This document shows, one piece after another, positions 1 to 11,547 of a stretch of 64,000 nt of DNA. This DNA comes from Octopus sinensis (lineage: Eukaryota): the NCBI RefSeq assembly GCF_006345805.1, contig NC_043009.1, positions 8,494,001-8,558,000 of the forward strand. Reading direction: 5' to 3'. The notes beneath the pieces are model-generated. The model saw nothing but the letters and a program-made list of their open reading frames with translations. It did no database searches and was not told the origin of the DNA. The translations under genes were made by a program, and so were the position numbers. How positions within the stretch are numbered: the first letter of the stretch is position 1; every line of letters starts with the position of its first letter.

Positions 1-104
1 CCTTCAAATCATACCCTACCATCTTAGAAATTAAGGCTACATTAGATTATGTGACCCTAATTGTACTACATCTTGGGGTGAAAAATGAGTTTTCAGTATA
101 CAAG

Positions 105-478
105 ACATTGCTGCTAGTCTAACGAAATTTGCTTCAGCATTGAATATGTTTCAGCCATAGTAATAATACATGTTTCGATAATGAATATATCACAGCTAGT
201 TTCAATATTGGACTTATCGCAGGTAGACTAATAAATATATGCTTCAATATTGAACATATCCCAGCTAGATAAATAAATGCAAATGTCAGTACTGAACATA
301 TCATAGCTAGTTTGGCACTACATGTCTCAATATTGAACAGCTAGATTAATAAATACATGTGTCAGCATAGAAGATATCTCAAATAGACCAACAGTACATG
401 CTTCAGTATTGAAAATATCCCAGTTAGTCTAAAAATACATGCTGCAATATTGGAAATGTCCCTGCTAAACTAATAAAT
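105..478. repeat. Degenerate ~42-bp minisatellite, about 9 copies
   Basis: Recurring unit approximately CAGCTAGACTAATAAATACATGCTTCAGTATTGAACATATCC with many substitutions and indels. Confidence 0.75.
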
Positions 479-727
479 CCCCAAAAAAGAAAAAGTAAGA
501 AAGAAAGAAAGGAATATTAAATCCATCATCAGTTACAATTCTGTAGTTTTCACCACTATGTGGTCTGATTCCATGTTACCACTTATCTCTCTCTACCCAT
601 CTCTGTCTTTTTCTCTCGTTAAATTACCTCATTATTGATGGATAGACTTTGCATGTGTTTATCATTGTATTTGTTAATAATGATAACAGAAACATTATTA
701 TTATTATTATCATCATCTTCATCATCA

Positions 728-785
728 TTTTCTATTGTCCCTCTCATCGTTTGCCCTGGTGGCGAATAAAAGAAATCATTATTAT
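728..785 (+). mobile_element. 3' tip of an L1/Tx1-like LINE
   Basis: GCCCTGGTGGCGAATAAAAGAAATC plus simple-repeat tail resembles the 3' end of the LINE at 63365-64000 (GCCCCTGTGGCTAATTAAAGAAATC). Confidence 0.35.
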
Positions 786-1294
786 TGTTATCAATAATAA
801 TAATAATGATAATTTTTCATTTTAATTGCTCTGGCAATGTAGTCTACTTATCACTTAGCAGACATATCACTCCATCCTTTGATAATACAGAACATTAATT
901 CCTTATTTTTACGTTCTGCTATACTGTAGCCTTTAACCATTATTACTTAGATTATTAACAAATTGATGTGCATTTCACAGAAGCAAAGTACTTCATTCAT
1001 TTTTTTCCTGTTTTGTTTTATCTATTTCCTCTCATCTAATCTAAGAATCTAATGAGAAGATCTGAAGCATTTTTTGCTTCTACCCTGCCAAAATTTGGAT
1101 CATTCTTCCATCATATTTGATCTTCATATGTATAACTGCTTAACATCACTATATTTTTTGTATTTTTAATTTTTTTGTTTTATAATCATTTTACAACTAT
1201 ATTTTTTTTAAATAAGTATTCGTATGGGTTAGATAGCATTATAATTATCTGTATTTGTAAAAGAATAGTTATTTTGTTATTGGTTTCAGTCATT

Positions 1295-1388
1295 GCATAA
1301 TAAGATAAGTACCAGTAGAACACTGGGGTCGATATAATAGACTGGCCCCCTCCCCTTAAGTTGCTGCCCTTGTGGCAAAATTTGAAAC

Positions 1389-1390
<2 letters not shown>
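1295..1390 (+). mobile_element. SINE family A (short variant), 3' part
   Basis: ATAAGTACCAGT..CACTGGGGTCGAT..CCTTGTGGCAAAATTTGAAACCA matches the other family A copies in the window. Confidence 0.6.
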
Positions 1391-1433
<43 letters not shown>

Positions 1434-1461
1434 AGAAATTATTATTATTATTGTTGTTGTT

Positions 1462-1496
<35 letters not shown>
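1391..1496. repeat. (ATT)n + (GA)n compound microsatellite
   Basis: Directly visible; source of the low-complexity ORFs at 1186-1592. Confidence 0.95.
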
Positions 1497-1498
<2 letters not shown>

Positions 1499-1825
1499 AA
1501 CACATGCCATCAAAGTGACACTGGGGTACAAATATATGAAGCCCAATATACTCATCATGACTACTAATCTGATAAGGGTACACCAGGCACATGCATCACT
1601 ACTATATGTATGCAATGTAGTAATCTCTAATCTCATATCATGATAAACAGCACATGACCTTGCAGGTGGGGTCCAGTTAGAATTTTCTTCAGGTTGAGTA
1701 GACCATCCTACTCAGAAGGTTCCTGAATAAAGGTCATTTAAGGATGTTAAATGAAATACCCATGTTTCCAGAGGTGAATTATCTAAACCCCGAAGAATTC
1801 CTCTCAACACATGGCAATGATGCTG
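1497..1825. mobile_element. Probable interspersed repeat, unclassified
   Basis: Resembles a dispersed octopus repeat I recall (CCCATGTTTCCAGAGGTGAATTAT..CCCTCTCAACACATGG); single copy in the window and unverified. Confidence 0.35.
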
Positions 1826-1964
1826 TTATTATTATGTTAACACAAACATTTGATCTCTATAAAAAACAATCATCTGTATGGTTGCCCAGCAAGAAATTCA
1901 TGGAACCCTTGTTCATCGTTGAATGACAGAAATTCATAATATATATATGACAGGCTTATAATAG

Positions 1965-2357
1965 TGGTTTCAAATTTTGGCACATAGCCAGCAATTTTGG
2001 GGTAGGGAGTAAGTTGATTACACCAAACCCCAACAGGACAAAAAGCAGAGTCGACTTCAGCAGAATTTGAACTCAGAACATAAAGATTTTGCCCAGAATG
2101 CTAACGATCTTGCCAGCTTGTTCCTTGTTTAATAATAATAATAATAATAATGGTTTCAAATTTTGGAACAGGACCAGTAGTTTTTTAGGGGAGGGAGAAA
2201 TCAATTACATCACCCCCAATACTTGACTGGCACTTATTTTATTGACCCCAAAGGGGTGAAAAGCAAAGTTGACTTCAACATAATTTGAACTCAAAATGCA
2301 AAACCAGACGAAATGCTGCAAAACATTTTTGTCCAGCATACTAAGGGTTTTGCCAGC

Positions 2358-2360
<3 letters not shown>
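1965..2360 (-). mobile_element. Two adjacent family A SINEs (short variant): 1965-2125 and 2151-2360
   Basis: Reverse complement of the B-box GAGTTCAAAT (ATTTGAACTC) and of the A-box region (CTGGCA), with TGGTTTCAAATTTTGG ends. Confidence 0.7.
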
Positions 2361-2391
<31 letters not shown>

Positions 2392-2788
2392 CTTTTCTAC
2401 TCTAAGCACAAGGCCCGAAATTTTGGAGGAGGGAGCCAATTGATTAGATCAACCCAGTACGTAACTGGTATTTAATTTATCGATCCCGAAAAGATGAAAG
2501 ACAAAGTCGAGTTCGGCAGAATTTGAACTCAGAACATAAACACAGACAAAATACCTATTTCTTTACTACCCACAAGGGGCTAAACACAGAGAGGACAAAC
2601 AAGGACAGACTTACGGATTAAGTCAGTTATATCGACCCCAGTGTGTAACTGGTACTTATTTAATCGACCCTGAAAAGATGAAAGGCAAAGTTGACCTCGG
2701 CGGAATTTGAACTCAGAACGTAACGGCAGACGAAATACGGCTAGGCATTTCGACCAGCGTGCTAGCGTTTCTGCCAGCTTGCCGCCTT
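2392..2788 (-). mobile_element. tRNA-derived SINE family A, head-to-tail dimer
   Basis: Minus strand reads AAGGCGGCAAGCTGGCAGAAAC (A-box)..GAGTTCAAATTCC (B-box)..; second unit joined at AAAGAAATAGGTATTT. Confidence 0.85.
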
Positions 2789-3860
2789 AATAATAATAAT
2801 AATAATGATGATCATCATCATCATGTAGTAGTAGTAGTATAAATCTAAAGGAACTTTGTTTTGCTATTTCTAACCTGTGGCCATATAAAAGCTCTGTCAT
2901 TTACTCAAGAAAGGCTGAAGAGGGACAAAAGAGTCCTCACCGTTTCTGTCAGTGTGAGTGAGTATGGTTAGCAAGGAAAGAAAGAAAGTTGGTTATTAAT
3001 GTAGGAAAGAGCGTCAGAAATGAAACCAACATTTGTCGTGCAACTGAGCATGTGTCATCATTGTCCTGGTGGTGGTGTTCACTTTACATTTGCTTTTTAC
3101 GCTGGCATGAGTCGGATGGGTTGTTGCTACTCTCTTAGATGGGGTGAACGACCACATCTTTTGCGTTTTATTATTTTCCTTTTGCTTCTCCTCTTTTTCC
3201 CTTTAGCTTGTTTCCCCACCACTATCATACACTATGACAGGAATTCTATATATGTGTGTGTATGCATGTGTGTGTGTGCATACATGTGCGTATGTGTGTA
3301 TGCATGGATGAGCATGTGTGTAAATTCCATCATTTCTTCTGTCGTAGCTTGCCTGAAGGACCCTGTTCAACCACAGATTTATTTCCTGCAAGTTTGACAA
3401 ATACCTGACAATGAAATTGTTGATTTCCAGATAAGAAAGAAAATGTGTGCCAATATTTATTACTTTCCCAAAGGTATTAAAGAAAATGGTAAAACACTGA
3501 CTTCAGCATTATGTGGAACACGTTCTGGTTTCCATCTTTTCAGAATTAAAATAGTACCAATTACATTTTGAGTTTGGCAATATTGGCTCTACTCCTTCCT
3601 CTACAATCTTGTATCTTTCCATCAGTTCAATGTTAGAAGAATGGGCAAAATTTTTAGAGCAGCAAATATAATGCCTTGCAGTGTTAGTTAGAGTTCCTTA
3701 TTTCCTGAGTTCCAATCCTGTCATGGTAAACTTTGATCAAATAAAGTAACAGTCATATACTGGAGTCAATATAATTGATTATTCTCTTTTCTGAAATATC
3801 TAGCCTTGTATCTGATTTGACTCTTAGAAAAAATGTTTAGTGGTATTTCTTTTCACTTCT

Positions 3861-4262
3861 TAAGGCGGCGAGCTGGCAGAAACATTAGCACGCCGGGCGA
3901 AATGAGTAGCCGTATTTCGTCTGCTGCTACGTTCTGAGTTCAAGTTCTGCCAAGGTCAACTTTGCCTTTCATCCTTTCAGGGTCGATAAATTAAGTACCA
4001 GTTACACACTGGGGTCGATATAATCGACTTAATCCATTTGTCTGTCCTTGTTTGTCCTCTCTGTGTTTAGTCCCTTGTGGGTAGTAAAGAAATAGGTATT
4101 TCGTCTGCCGTTACGGTCTGAGTTCAAATTCCGCCAAGGTCAATTTTGCATTTCATCCTTTTGCGGTCAATTAAATAAGTACCAGTTACGCACTGGGGTC
4201 CATATAATTGACTTAATCCATTTGTCTGTCCTTGTTTGTCCCCTCTGTGTTTAGCCCCTTGT
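3861..4262 (+). mobile_element. tRNA-derived SINE family A, head-to-tail dimer
   Basis: AAGGCGGCGAGCTGGCAGAAAC A-box and GAGTTCAAGTTC B-box; second unit starts after AAAGAAATAGGTATTTCGTC. Confidence 0.85.
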
Positions 4263-4556
4263 GATGGTCTCACTTCAAACACTACTAAGGTTAACTTTGC
4301 CTTTCATCTTTCCAGAGTCAATAAAATAAAGCACCAGTCTAGTACTTGGGCTGAAGGTGTTGACTAATCCCTGTCCTTCAGAAGTGCTGGCCTTGTGCTA
4401 AAAGAAGAAACCATTACAAAAGTGGTGAAATGGCACAATCGTTAGAGTATCAGAAAAAATACTTACCCAAAATGCTGTGCAGTGGGATTGAACCTGAAAC
4501 CACATAGTTGCAAAGTGATCTTCTCAACCACACAGTAATTAGTGCACCTATACATC

Positions 4557-4734
4557 AAGAGTGAGAGAAAGTTGTGGTGGAAGAGTCAGCAGAAGTTCGC
4601 CATTACCTTCTGCCGGAGTTGCGTGGAGCTTAGGTGTTTCGCTCATAAACACACACATCGCCTGGTCTGAGATTCGAACCCACGATCCCTCGACCGCGAG
4701 TCCGCTGCTCTAGCCACTAGCCCATGTACCTCCA
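4557..4734 (-). mobile_element. tRNA-Arg-like SINE family C (probably octopus OR-type), 5' part
   Basis: Minus strand GTGGAGG..CAGCGGACTCGCGG..GGGTTCGAATCTC with a TCG anticodon-like loop and B-box; homologous to 15062-15448. Octopus tRNA-Arg-derived OR SINEs are published. Confidence 0.75.
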
Positions 4735-4894
4735 CTCACTAATATGTGCACTGTGAAAAATCAATCTTGCTGGCTACTGATTGACAAGAGAACCTGCGCC
4801 AGAGAGAGAGTGCTTGTTTTGTTGCTCAACCGGGCAGACACAGCAGTCAAATCTTCAAATTTCATCCTGCCTCTCTTATGAAAAAAGAACAAAA

Positions 4895-5006
4895 ACACAC
4901 ACATACACACACACACTCACACACACACACACACACACACACACTCTCTCTCACACACACACATTCTCTCTCTCTCTCTGTCTCTCTCTCTCTCACACAC
5001 ACACAT
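4895..5006. repeat. (CA)n/(CT)n compound microsatellite
   Basis: Directly visible. Confidence 0.95.
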
Positions 5007-5989
5007 GGAATAATGTAGTCTTGGATATATTATACTGATAATCATCATTTGAAAATCTTTGATCATAGTCTTACTCAATCACAGCTGACCCAGGGCTACA
5101 CGACAGCAACTGCACACTTTTGCACTGACACTTTACACTCACAAACTTGCATTTCAATAAACAGGAAGAAAATAGACGAAGAACATGAAATGATTTCAGA
5201 GGTTTTCTTCTTTCGGTTTTACCTTTTTTTTTTTTTAATGATTGATTCAACACCTGCTGGTCTGTTAATTAACTCTTTTCAATATTAATCTATGTCATTA
5301 CAATCTGCCATCCCCTGCCTCACACACACACACACACACACACACGTGTGTGCGCACTCACACTGGCACACACATTCGCGTTCACACATTGAAAAGAAAT
5401 ACCTGTATTTGTATGTAATTATGCGGATTGTTTTCTTGACATCAGGATTAAGATTTAAATGGAAATTACAAGATTTTAAAAGAAATTTCTAGGATTTTGA
5501 TAGATTAACTCTATCAAGAGAACATATTACTCTAACATGTATGTTTGGTTTATATATGTTTGTGTTTTGGTGTAAATAAATACATAGAAGACGGACAAAT
5601 TATTGAGAGATAATCAGCGGGTGGTAAGAAGGAAATGTGGAGATGTGCCAAACAATTTTTGATTAATAAAGCTATGATGTCTGAAGCATTTAAAAAAGAA
5701 AAAATATTACAGAAGCTTGTGACAGTATAGCTTGATTATAGAGAGGTGTTTAACATTATTTGCCATTCATAACTCTTGCGATCAGTGCACTGCTCTAAAG
5801 TACCTGCTGCTGTTGAAATGCTTACATAGACTTCTTTGACTCTTCTTAAATTGATAACTAAATGCATGATGAGTCGTCTCTGGTGAAAGCAGTCTAACTG
5901 TGCTTCATTTATGTTTCGGTGTTAATTCCACTAAACTCACCAGCTCTACTAAACCCACTGGCATTTCTCCTACTAAACTCAGACAGTTT

Positions 5990-6190
5990 TTTGTTCAACT
6001 CTAGGTCTGGCCTCATTGAGAAGACAGATCTATGAACATAGTCATCCCCATGATGACAACTCTGTCTTTTCGGGTGTATCTAGGATTGCATTATCCAAGG
6101 TGTTCTTCCATTTCCCAAGTTAGAGTATGATTTGAAAATGATTTGGCAACTATTTTCAGCATTTCAAGTGACCACATAGAAAAATTATCC
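5990..6190 (+). mobile_element. Interspersed repeat family D (about 20 copies in window)
   Basis: Motifs CAGACCTATGATCAAAGGCATTCCAGC and GATTTGAGGGAGATTTGGCTGCTATTTCTAGCAGG recur, degenerate, at 1-60, 18530-18730, 21480-21730, 21940-22460, 31180-31590, 32400-33000, 40690-40870, 55980-56170 and 58900-60140. Confidence 0.65.
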
Positions 6191-6440
6191 TTTATTGGCT
6201 CAAAATTTTCAGGTAGTTATATATTAGGGTTTTAATAGGTAAGAAACACATATAAAACCCCTGATTTCTTCTCTGATGACTTAGTTATCTACAGTAGAAA
6301 TATATGCAATGTTGAGAAACAGCTAAATTGAGTAATAAACATGTTTTCACTAATATAAGGATGACAGTTGGGGATAAAAACATGTTTATACTTGACAGTT
6401 GAATGTGGGAAAGCTGTTTTCTAATATTAAAAACATTCCA

Positions 6441-6720
6441 TAAGGCAGCAAGCTGGCAGAATCATTTGCACAGCAGGTAAACTGTTAGTGGCATATTGTC
6501 CAGTTTTGGACCTAAGGCAAAGAGCAGGCAGAATCATGAGCTCACCATGGAAGGCATTTTGTCTGTCTTTACATTCTAAATTCAAATTCCACAAAGGTCA
6601 ACTTGACTCTCCATCTTTTTGGGGGTTGATAAAATAAGTACCAGTTAGACACTGGGGTTGATGTAATGGACTTTATCCCTCTCCTAAAAATGTTGGTCTT
6701 GTGCCAAAATTTGAAACCAA
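6441..6720 (+). mobile_element. SINE family A (short variant)
   Basis: AAGGCAGCAAGCTGGCAGAATC head, AATTCAAATTCC B-box, GTGCCAAAATTTGAAACCA end. Confidence 0.7.
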
Positions 6721-7984
6721 TATTAAAGACATTCACATTTCTCTTTCTTCTGTCTTTTACACAATGAATGTTACAAGTACCTAAACATTTATGAAAATGT
6801 ACCCAAAAATGGAAATGTAATCAAAGATAGTAATCAAAGTGTATTATTTCATCAGACTTCAACAAATACAGTTTATGTAAGGATCATCAGAAAGCTAACT
6901 GGAAATAATTAAGTGATGAGAACACTACAATGTTAATTTTTCTGGTGAGCTCAGAATTCCTGGTATGTTTCAATCATATTCTGACCTCATTTACAAAGTA
7001 TAGCCCTCACAGTTACTTAGTGATTCTTTGATCATTAATCTGTATGGTATCACTCAGACCACGTTTGCCAAACAACAACAAATGCATCAATCGGGTGCTC
7101 AGAAGTGAGGAGAGCAATGTCCTGTAAGAGGGTGTGAACAGCTCAAGAATTATTTGGTTCCTGACGATGTCTCATGCAATCCCAGGACTGACGAATGGAT
7201 TTACTTAAAAAAATACTCGAAAGACAAATACTCTGTATACCAATTAAAAGGACTTCCCAAATTCCCCAGAAATTTGAGAATAATGTCAATATATTGTAAG
7301 GAAGTATCAATTCTGCCAAACTATGTTACATTTCAAAGGTCATCATTTTGCTAAACAATGGCTGGAAGTTGCTACTAAATACATGTGGAACAAAAGCAAA
7401 CATGAATTGCTTTAGCCCTCAAAGACACAATTGAAAAGGTTGATTATATTACATGTCTGTGGGAGACTTTATACATAATCAACAGCTGCCCTGAAATGTC
7501 AAGATCCATACTGCCTTTCTATGCTGTATGACATTGTTGCTAAAACAATATACAATACCAATAGAAAAGATCACTGGAGATAAATATAGAAAATATTTCT
7601 GATATTCAATACATCCATATGTTTCAATGGAAGGAATATTGGTGGAACATTCCCATCAAAAATTTCTAAACATAACAAATCAGATGGGTGTGTACTGTCT
7701 GTTGCAGTCAGTTGCCCAGCAGAGGTAAACTGTTCATTCTAAATCACTGAGAAAAACTAAATATAACTACTTTAAAGCAGGTATACAGAGGAACCACTTT
7801 GTGGTTAGTCAATCTACTAAATCCTCAAATCACACCCAATCACTTTGCCTGAAAATTAAATGGTTTAGTCATGGGTGGACCAGCAATCCCTTCGATCACA
7901 GGTCTACTCAGTCTTGAGTTGGATTACTGTTTTGAAACCTATAACTTCCCTACGCAGATTAGAGATTTACATTTGTACATATTA

Positions 7985-8240
7985 TACACTTGTGGCACGT
8001 AAAAAGCACCAACCGATCGTGGCCGTTGCCAGCCTCCCCTGGCACCTGCACCGGTGGCACGTAAAAAGCACCCACTACACTCATGGAGTGGTTGGTGTTA
8101 GGAAGGGCATCCAGCTGTAGAAACACTGCCAGATCAGACTGAAGCCTGGTGCAGCCTCCTGGCTTCCCAGACCCTGGTCGAACCATCCAACCCATGCTAG
8201 CGTGGAAAATGGACGTTTAACGACGATGATGATGATGATG
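7985..8240 (+). mobile_element. RTE LINE 3' UTR fragment with (GAT)n tail
   Basis: AGGAAGGGCATCCAGCTGTAGAAAC..CCCATGCTAGCGTGGAAAATGGACG..GATGATGAT matches the 3' UTR of the RTE at 43892-44890. Confidence 0.8.
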
Positions 8241-8300
8241 AATGTGTTATTAAAGGTTTAATTATTTCATAAAACTGGAATTTTCAAGTCAAAAGTGAAA

Positions 8301-8337
<37 letters not shown>

Positions 8338-8894
8338 CGCACACACAGAGAAAGAGGGGGAGGGAGACACAGAGAAAGAGCACATTCCTTTCTTTGTTCA
8401 TTTATATTTCAGCAAAGTCCTGCCTTATTTCCTGATGTGGCAAATAAACTTGATGTAACTGGTGTGGTAAACAGCATAGGTGTCTCAGCTGGTAGTCTTA
8501 TGGAGTCAAGTTCCATGGCTGGTATGGTAAATGGAGAGTGAGGTCATGCATTTGGTGTGATAAATAGCATAGAATGTTATATATGATACTACAAACGGAG
8601 TGAGATATTATGTGATGATGATCATCACCCTTTTAATGTCCATTTTTCTATACTTCCAAGGGTCAGATGGCGATAACTGAGGTAGATTTTCTATGGCCAG
8701 ATATCCTTCCTGTCATCAACCCTTACCTGTTCCCAGGCAAAGTAATGTTTTTTCCATGGCCAGACATGGTTTTGCTTATTTATCAGAAATGAATATCAAT
8801 GTTTGTATGGCAGTGATACTGATTTGCGACTAACACTATGTTAAGACAAGGAGACAGAAGCATAGACACACGCACACACACACACACACATATA

Positions 8895-9033
8895 ATGGGT
8901 CTCTTTCAGTTTTCGTCTCCCCAAATCCAATCACAAGGCTTTTGTCAACACAATGCTGTTGCAGAAGTTAATTGCTTTTGGTACCATGCAGTGGGACTGA
9001 GCCCCAAACCATTTGGTTGGAAACAAACTTCTT
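8895..9033 (-). mobile_element. SINE family B head
   Basis: Reverse complement of GGGCTCAGTCCCACTG and GGATTTGG..GAAACTGAAAG motifs of family B. Confidence 0.65.
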
Positions 9034-10700
9034 AACAAAAAAAGGATCAAGGACATACCTAGTATGCTCAATGTAGTAATAAAGTGTGGGAGTAGGCAAT
9101 GGCACAAATGGAATCTAAGAACGTTAATTCTTTCAAAAGTTTTGCATAGATAAATTCTTGAATGTATTTCAAATTGAACAATATAAGCTTTTAAATAGGG
9201 AACAAAAAATATGGAGAACTGATAAATATGATGGCATTTAATCTTTTCTCCATAACTTCAACATTTCCCAGGGGAGGGGAACATGGACTAAACAATTTAA
9301 TTTCAGTGGGATATTGAAAAAAGATTGAGAATTTATTACTACATGGAAAATTCCATTAAAAACGTAATTGAATATATATGATTTACACACGCATACACAT
9401 ACACACAAACACACACACATATATATATATGTGTATATATGTCTGTGTGTACACAAATACACACACCTGTAAACTCATGCACATGTACAAACAGAAACAC
9501 ACAAATGTAAAAGTATATATGTGTGTCTGCATGCGTGTACATGTGTATACACATATACGTATATATAATGTGTGTGTGCGTACACACACCAAACATACAC
9601 ATACATGTAGGTACATAGATATGTATGCAAACAAAGCTAAAGACCACTCGTTACATTTTATAAAGTTTATTTATTTGTATTAACATCTGACTCGGAATTA
9701 CATTACTTCAAGTTTCACAGAAATGAGTTTCACAAAACTGAGACAAACACTCTTGAAGTAATATGAATAATATGTGTGTGCATTTGAGCTTGTGTGCATT
9801 TGAGCTTGTGTGCATGTGTGCACACACAGACACACACATAACATATATGCGCATCATATTCAATAAGCACTGGCATTGCTATGTGGTTAAGTTGTGTGTT
9901 TTTTCAACTGAGTTCAAGTCCCACTGAACAATACATTGGGCAAGTGACTTCTACTACAGCTCTAAGCCAATCAATGACTTTGGTAGACTAGGACTGTCGC
10001 ACACCCATTATGTGTGTATGTTTATGTGTGTGTATGTGCGAACATTCTGCATTTCACATGCAAAAGCGTGGAGCTTCAGACAGCGATATTTGTTGATATC
10101 ATGTTGTGGCTCTGCACTTTCAAAGTGAAAATTCTTGACTTTGAAAACACATATGTATATGAACTAATATATGTGCACATGTATACACATGAATCATCAT
10201 CATCATCATCATTGTTTTAATGTGCACTTTTCCTTGCTTGCATGGGTCAGATGGAATTCACAGAGAGACAGATTTTTCTATGGCCGGATGCCCTTCCTAT
10301 CACCAACCCTCATTTGTTTTCAAGTAAGGTAATAATTGCTTTTCCTTAAAAATGTTTCCGTGGAATATCAGAAACTATGGAAACCACTCGTATGATGATG
10401 ATGCTCATTAGAAATTTCAAGTAACATCAAGACAAGAAGCCACACACATTACACACACCACATACGTATGTACGTACATACATACATACATAGATATGGT
10501 CAAGTCAAAAAACTGAACATGGAAAATAACAATAATAAACAGCAAGAGGATGTGCAAATGGAATGAGAGAGAGTTTTTGACATTTCAAGCATAGCTCTTC
10601 ATTGGAAAAGAAAGCAGAAAAGCCCAGAGAAAGAAGGAAAAAAAATCACCAACAGCACATGTGTGGTTACATTGCTGTAGTGTGTGTGTGTGTATATATA

Positions 10701-10985
10701 TTATTTATATTAAGGGCATTACTATACATAAATGCCTCACGCTTGGAGGGACTCTTTAAGTCAAAAACTACCGTAATAAACACATTTGGTACAATGTGTT
10801 TATTATGGTAGTTTTTGACTTTAAGGGTCCCTCCTAGTGTGAGGCATTTATTTATAGAAATGCCCTTAATATAAATAAATATATTTAAAGGGAATAATTA
10901 ATAAATTTTTCCCTTATGAGGTTTTTCACGCTAATTACTTGATAAATTCTTATAAAGATTTTATCCTATTTTTAAATTATATATA
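10701..10985 (+). mobile_element. Probable PLE terminal-repeat fragment with 5' fold-back (86-bp inverted repeat 10701-10786 / 10793-10878)
   Basis: Arms pair with about 7 mismatches around a 6-nt loop (TGGTAC); bordered by TA-rich microsatellites; same architecture as the two hammerhead-bearing palindromes. PLE origin is inferred. Confidence 0.5.
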
Positions 10986-11188
10986 TATATATTGGTAAAA
11001 TAGAAAGATGAATAATCTTGTTGCAGATTAATCAAAAGTTTAACCGATACCTTGGTAGCAAAAATCACAGCAGAAGAAGAAAGCACGGTTGGAGATAAAA
11101 CCATTTGGTGTTGCAACCGTGCGTTGGTGCGGATAATTGAATTTTAATATTATTAGTGAATTGAAGAAATGGAGTTGAACGAAGATTG

Positions 11189-11307
11189 AACAGAATTCCT
11201 TTTATTGCATTCTACACATGTTTCAAAAGCCACAATTTTCCAAATTCTGATTAAATAAGGATTCCATATTGTGGCTTTCTCTTCAGGAAAAAAATAGGAA
11301 TTCCGTT
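11189..11307 (-). ncRNA. Type I hammerhead ribozyme motif (mirror copy)
   Basis: Reverse complement of 11429-11547; the single difference lies in the stem II loop. Confidence 0.8.
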
Positions 11308-11428
11308 GGCAGAACAAAACAGAACAGAGGCGCAGCAAAGCAATTTGAACGAGGAGGCTCTTTAAGAGCCCATGGCTGAACTCAGTTCAGCCATGGGCTC
11401 TTAAAGAGCCTCCTCGTTTTGTTCTGCC

Positions 11429-11547
11429 AACGGAATTCCTATTTTTTTCCTGAAGAGAAAGCCACAATATGGTATCCTTATTTAATCAGAATTTGGAAAA
11501 TTGTGGCTTTTGAAACATGTGTAGAATGCAATAAAAGGAATTCTGTT
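11429..11547 (+). ncRNA. Type I hammerhead ribozyme motif
   Basis: Core CTGAAGA 11450-11456; 12-bp stem II GAAAGCCACAAT/ATTGTGGCTTTT; GAAA 11512-11515; short stem III with palindromic ACATGT; GUA cleavage triplet 11521-11523; stem I is 3 bp plus a distal 12 bp AACGGAATTCCT/AGGAATTCTGTT. Confidence 0.8.

Noticed and set aside
105-478. CRISPR-like periodicity
   Set aside because: Eukaryotic context; the units are degenerate tandem copies without unique spacers
3405-3545. Minus-strand WKPERVPHNAEVSVLPFSL resembling the P450 PERF region, with a possible 59-nt intron
   Set aside because: No heme-binding Cys motif follows, the intron is very short and the antisense frame is equally open
4640-4734. 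tRNA-like sequences here, at 15370-15448 and at other SINE heads
   Set aside because: A/B boxes run directly into SINE bodies and the acceptor stems are not intact; these are SINE heads, not tRNA genes
7018-7640. Possible exon (7018-7121) and degenerate RT-like peptides (LKGLPKF, WETLYII)
   Set aside because: Plausible splice sites occur on both strands and the similarity is too weak to assign a gene or TE clade without an HMM search
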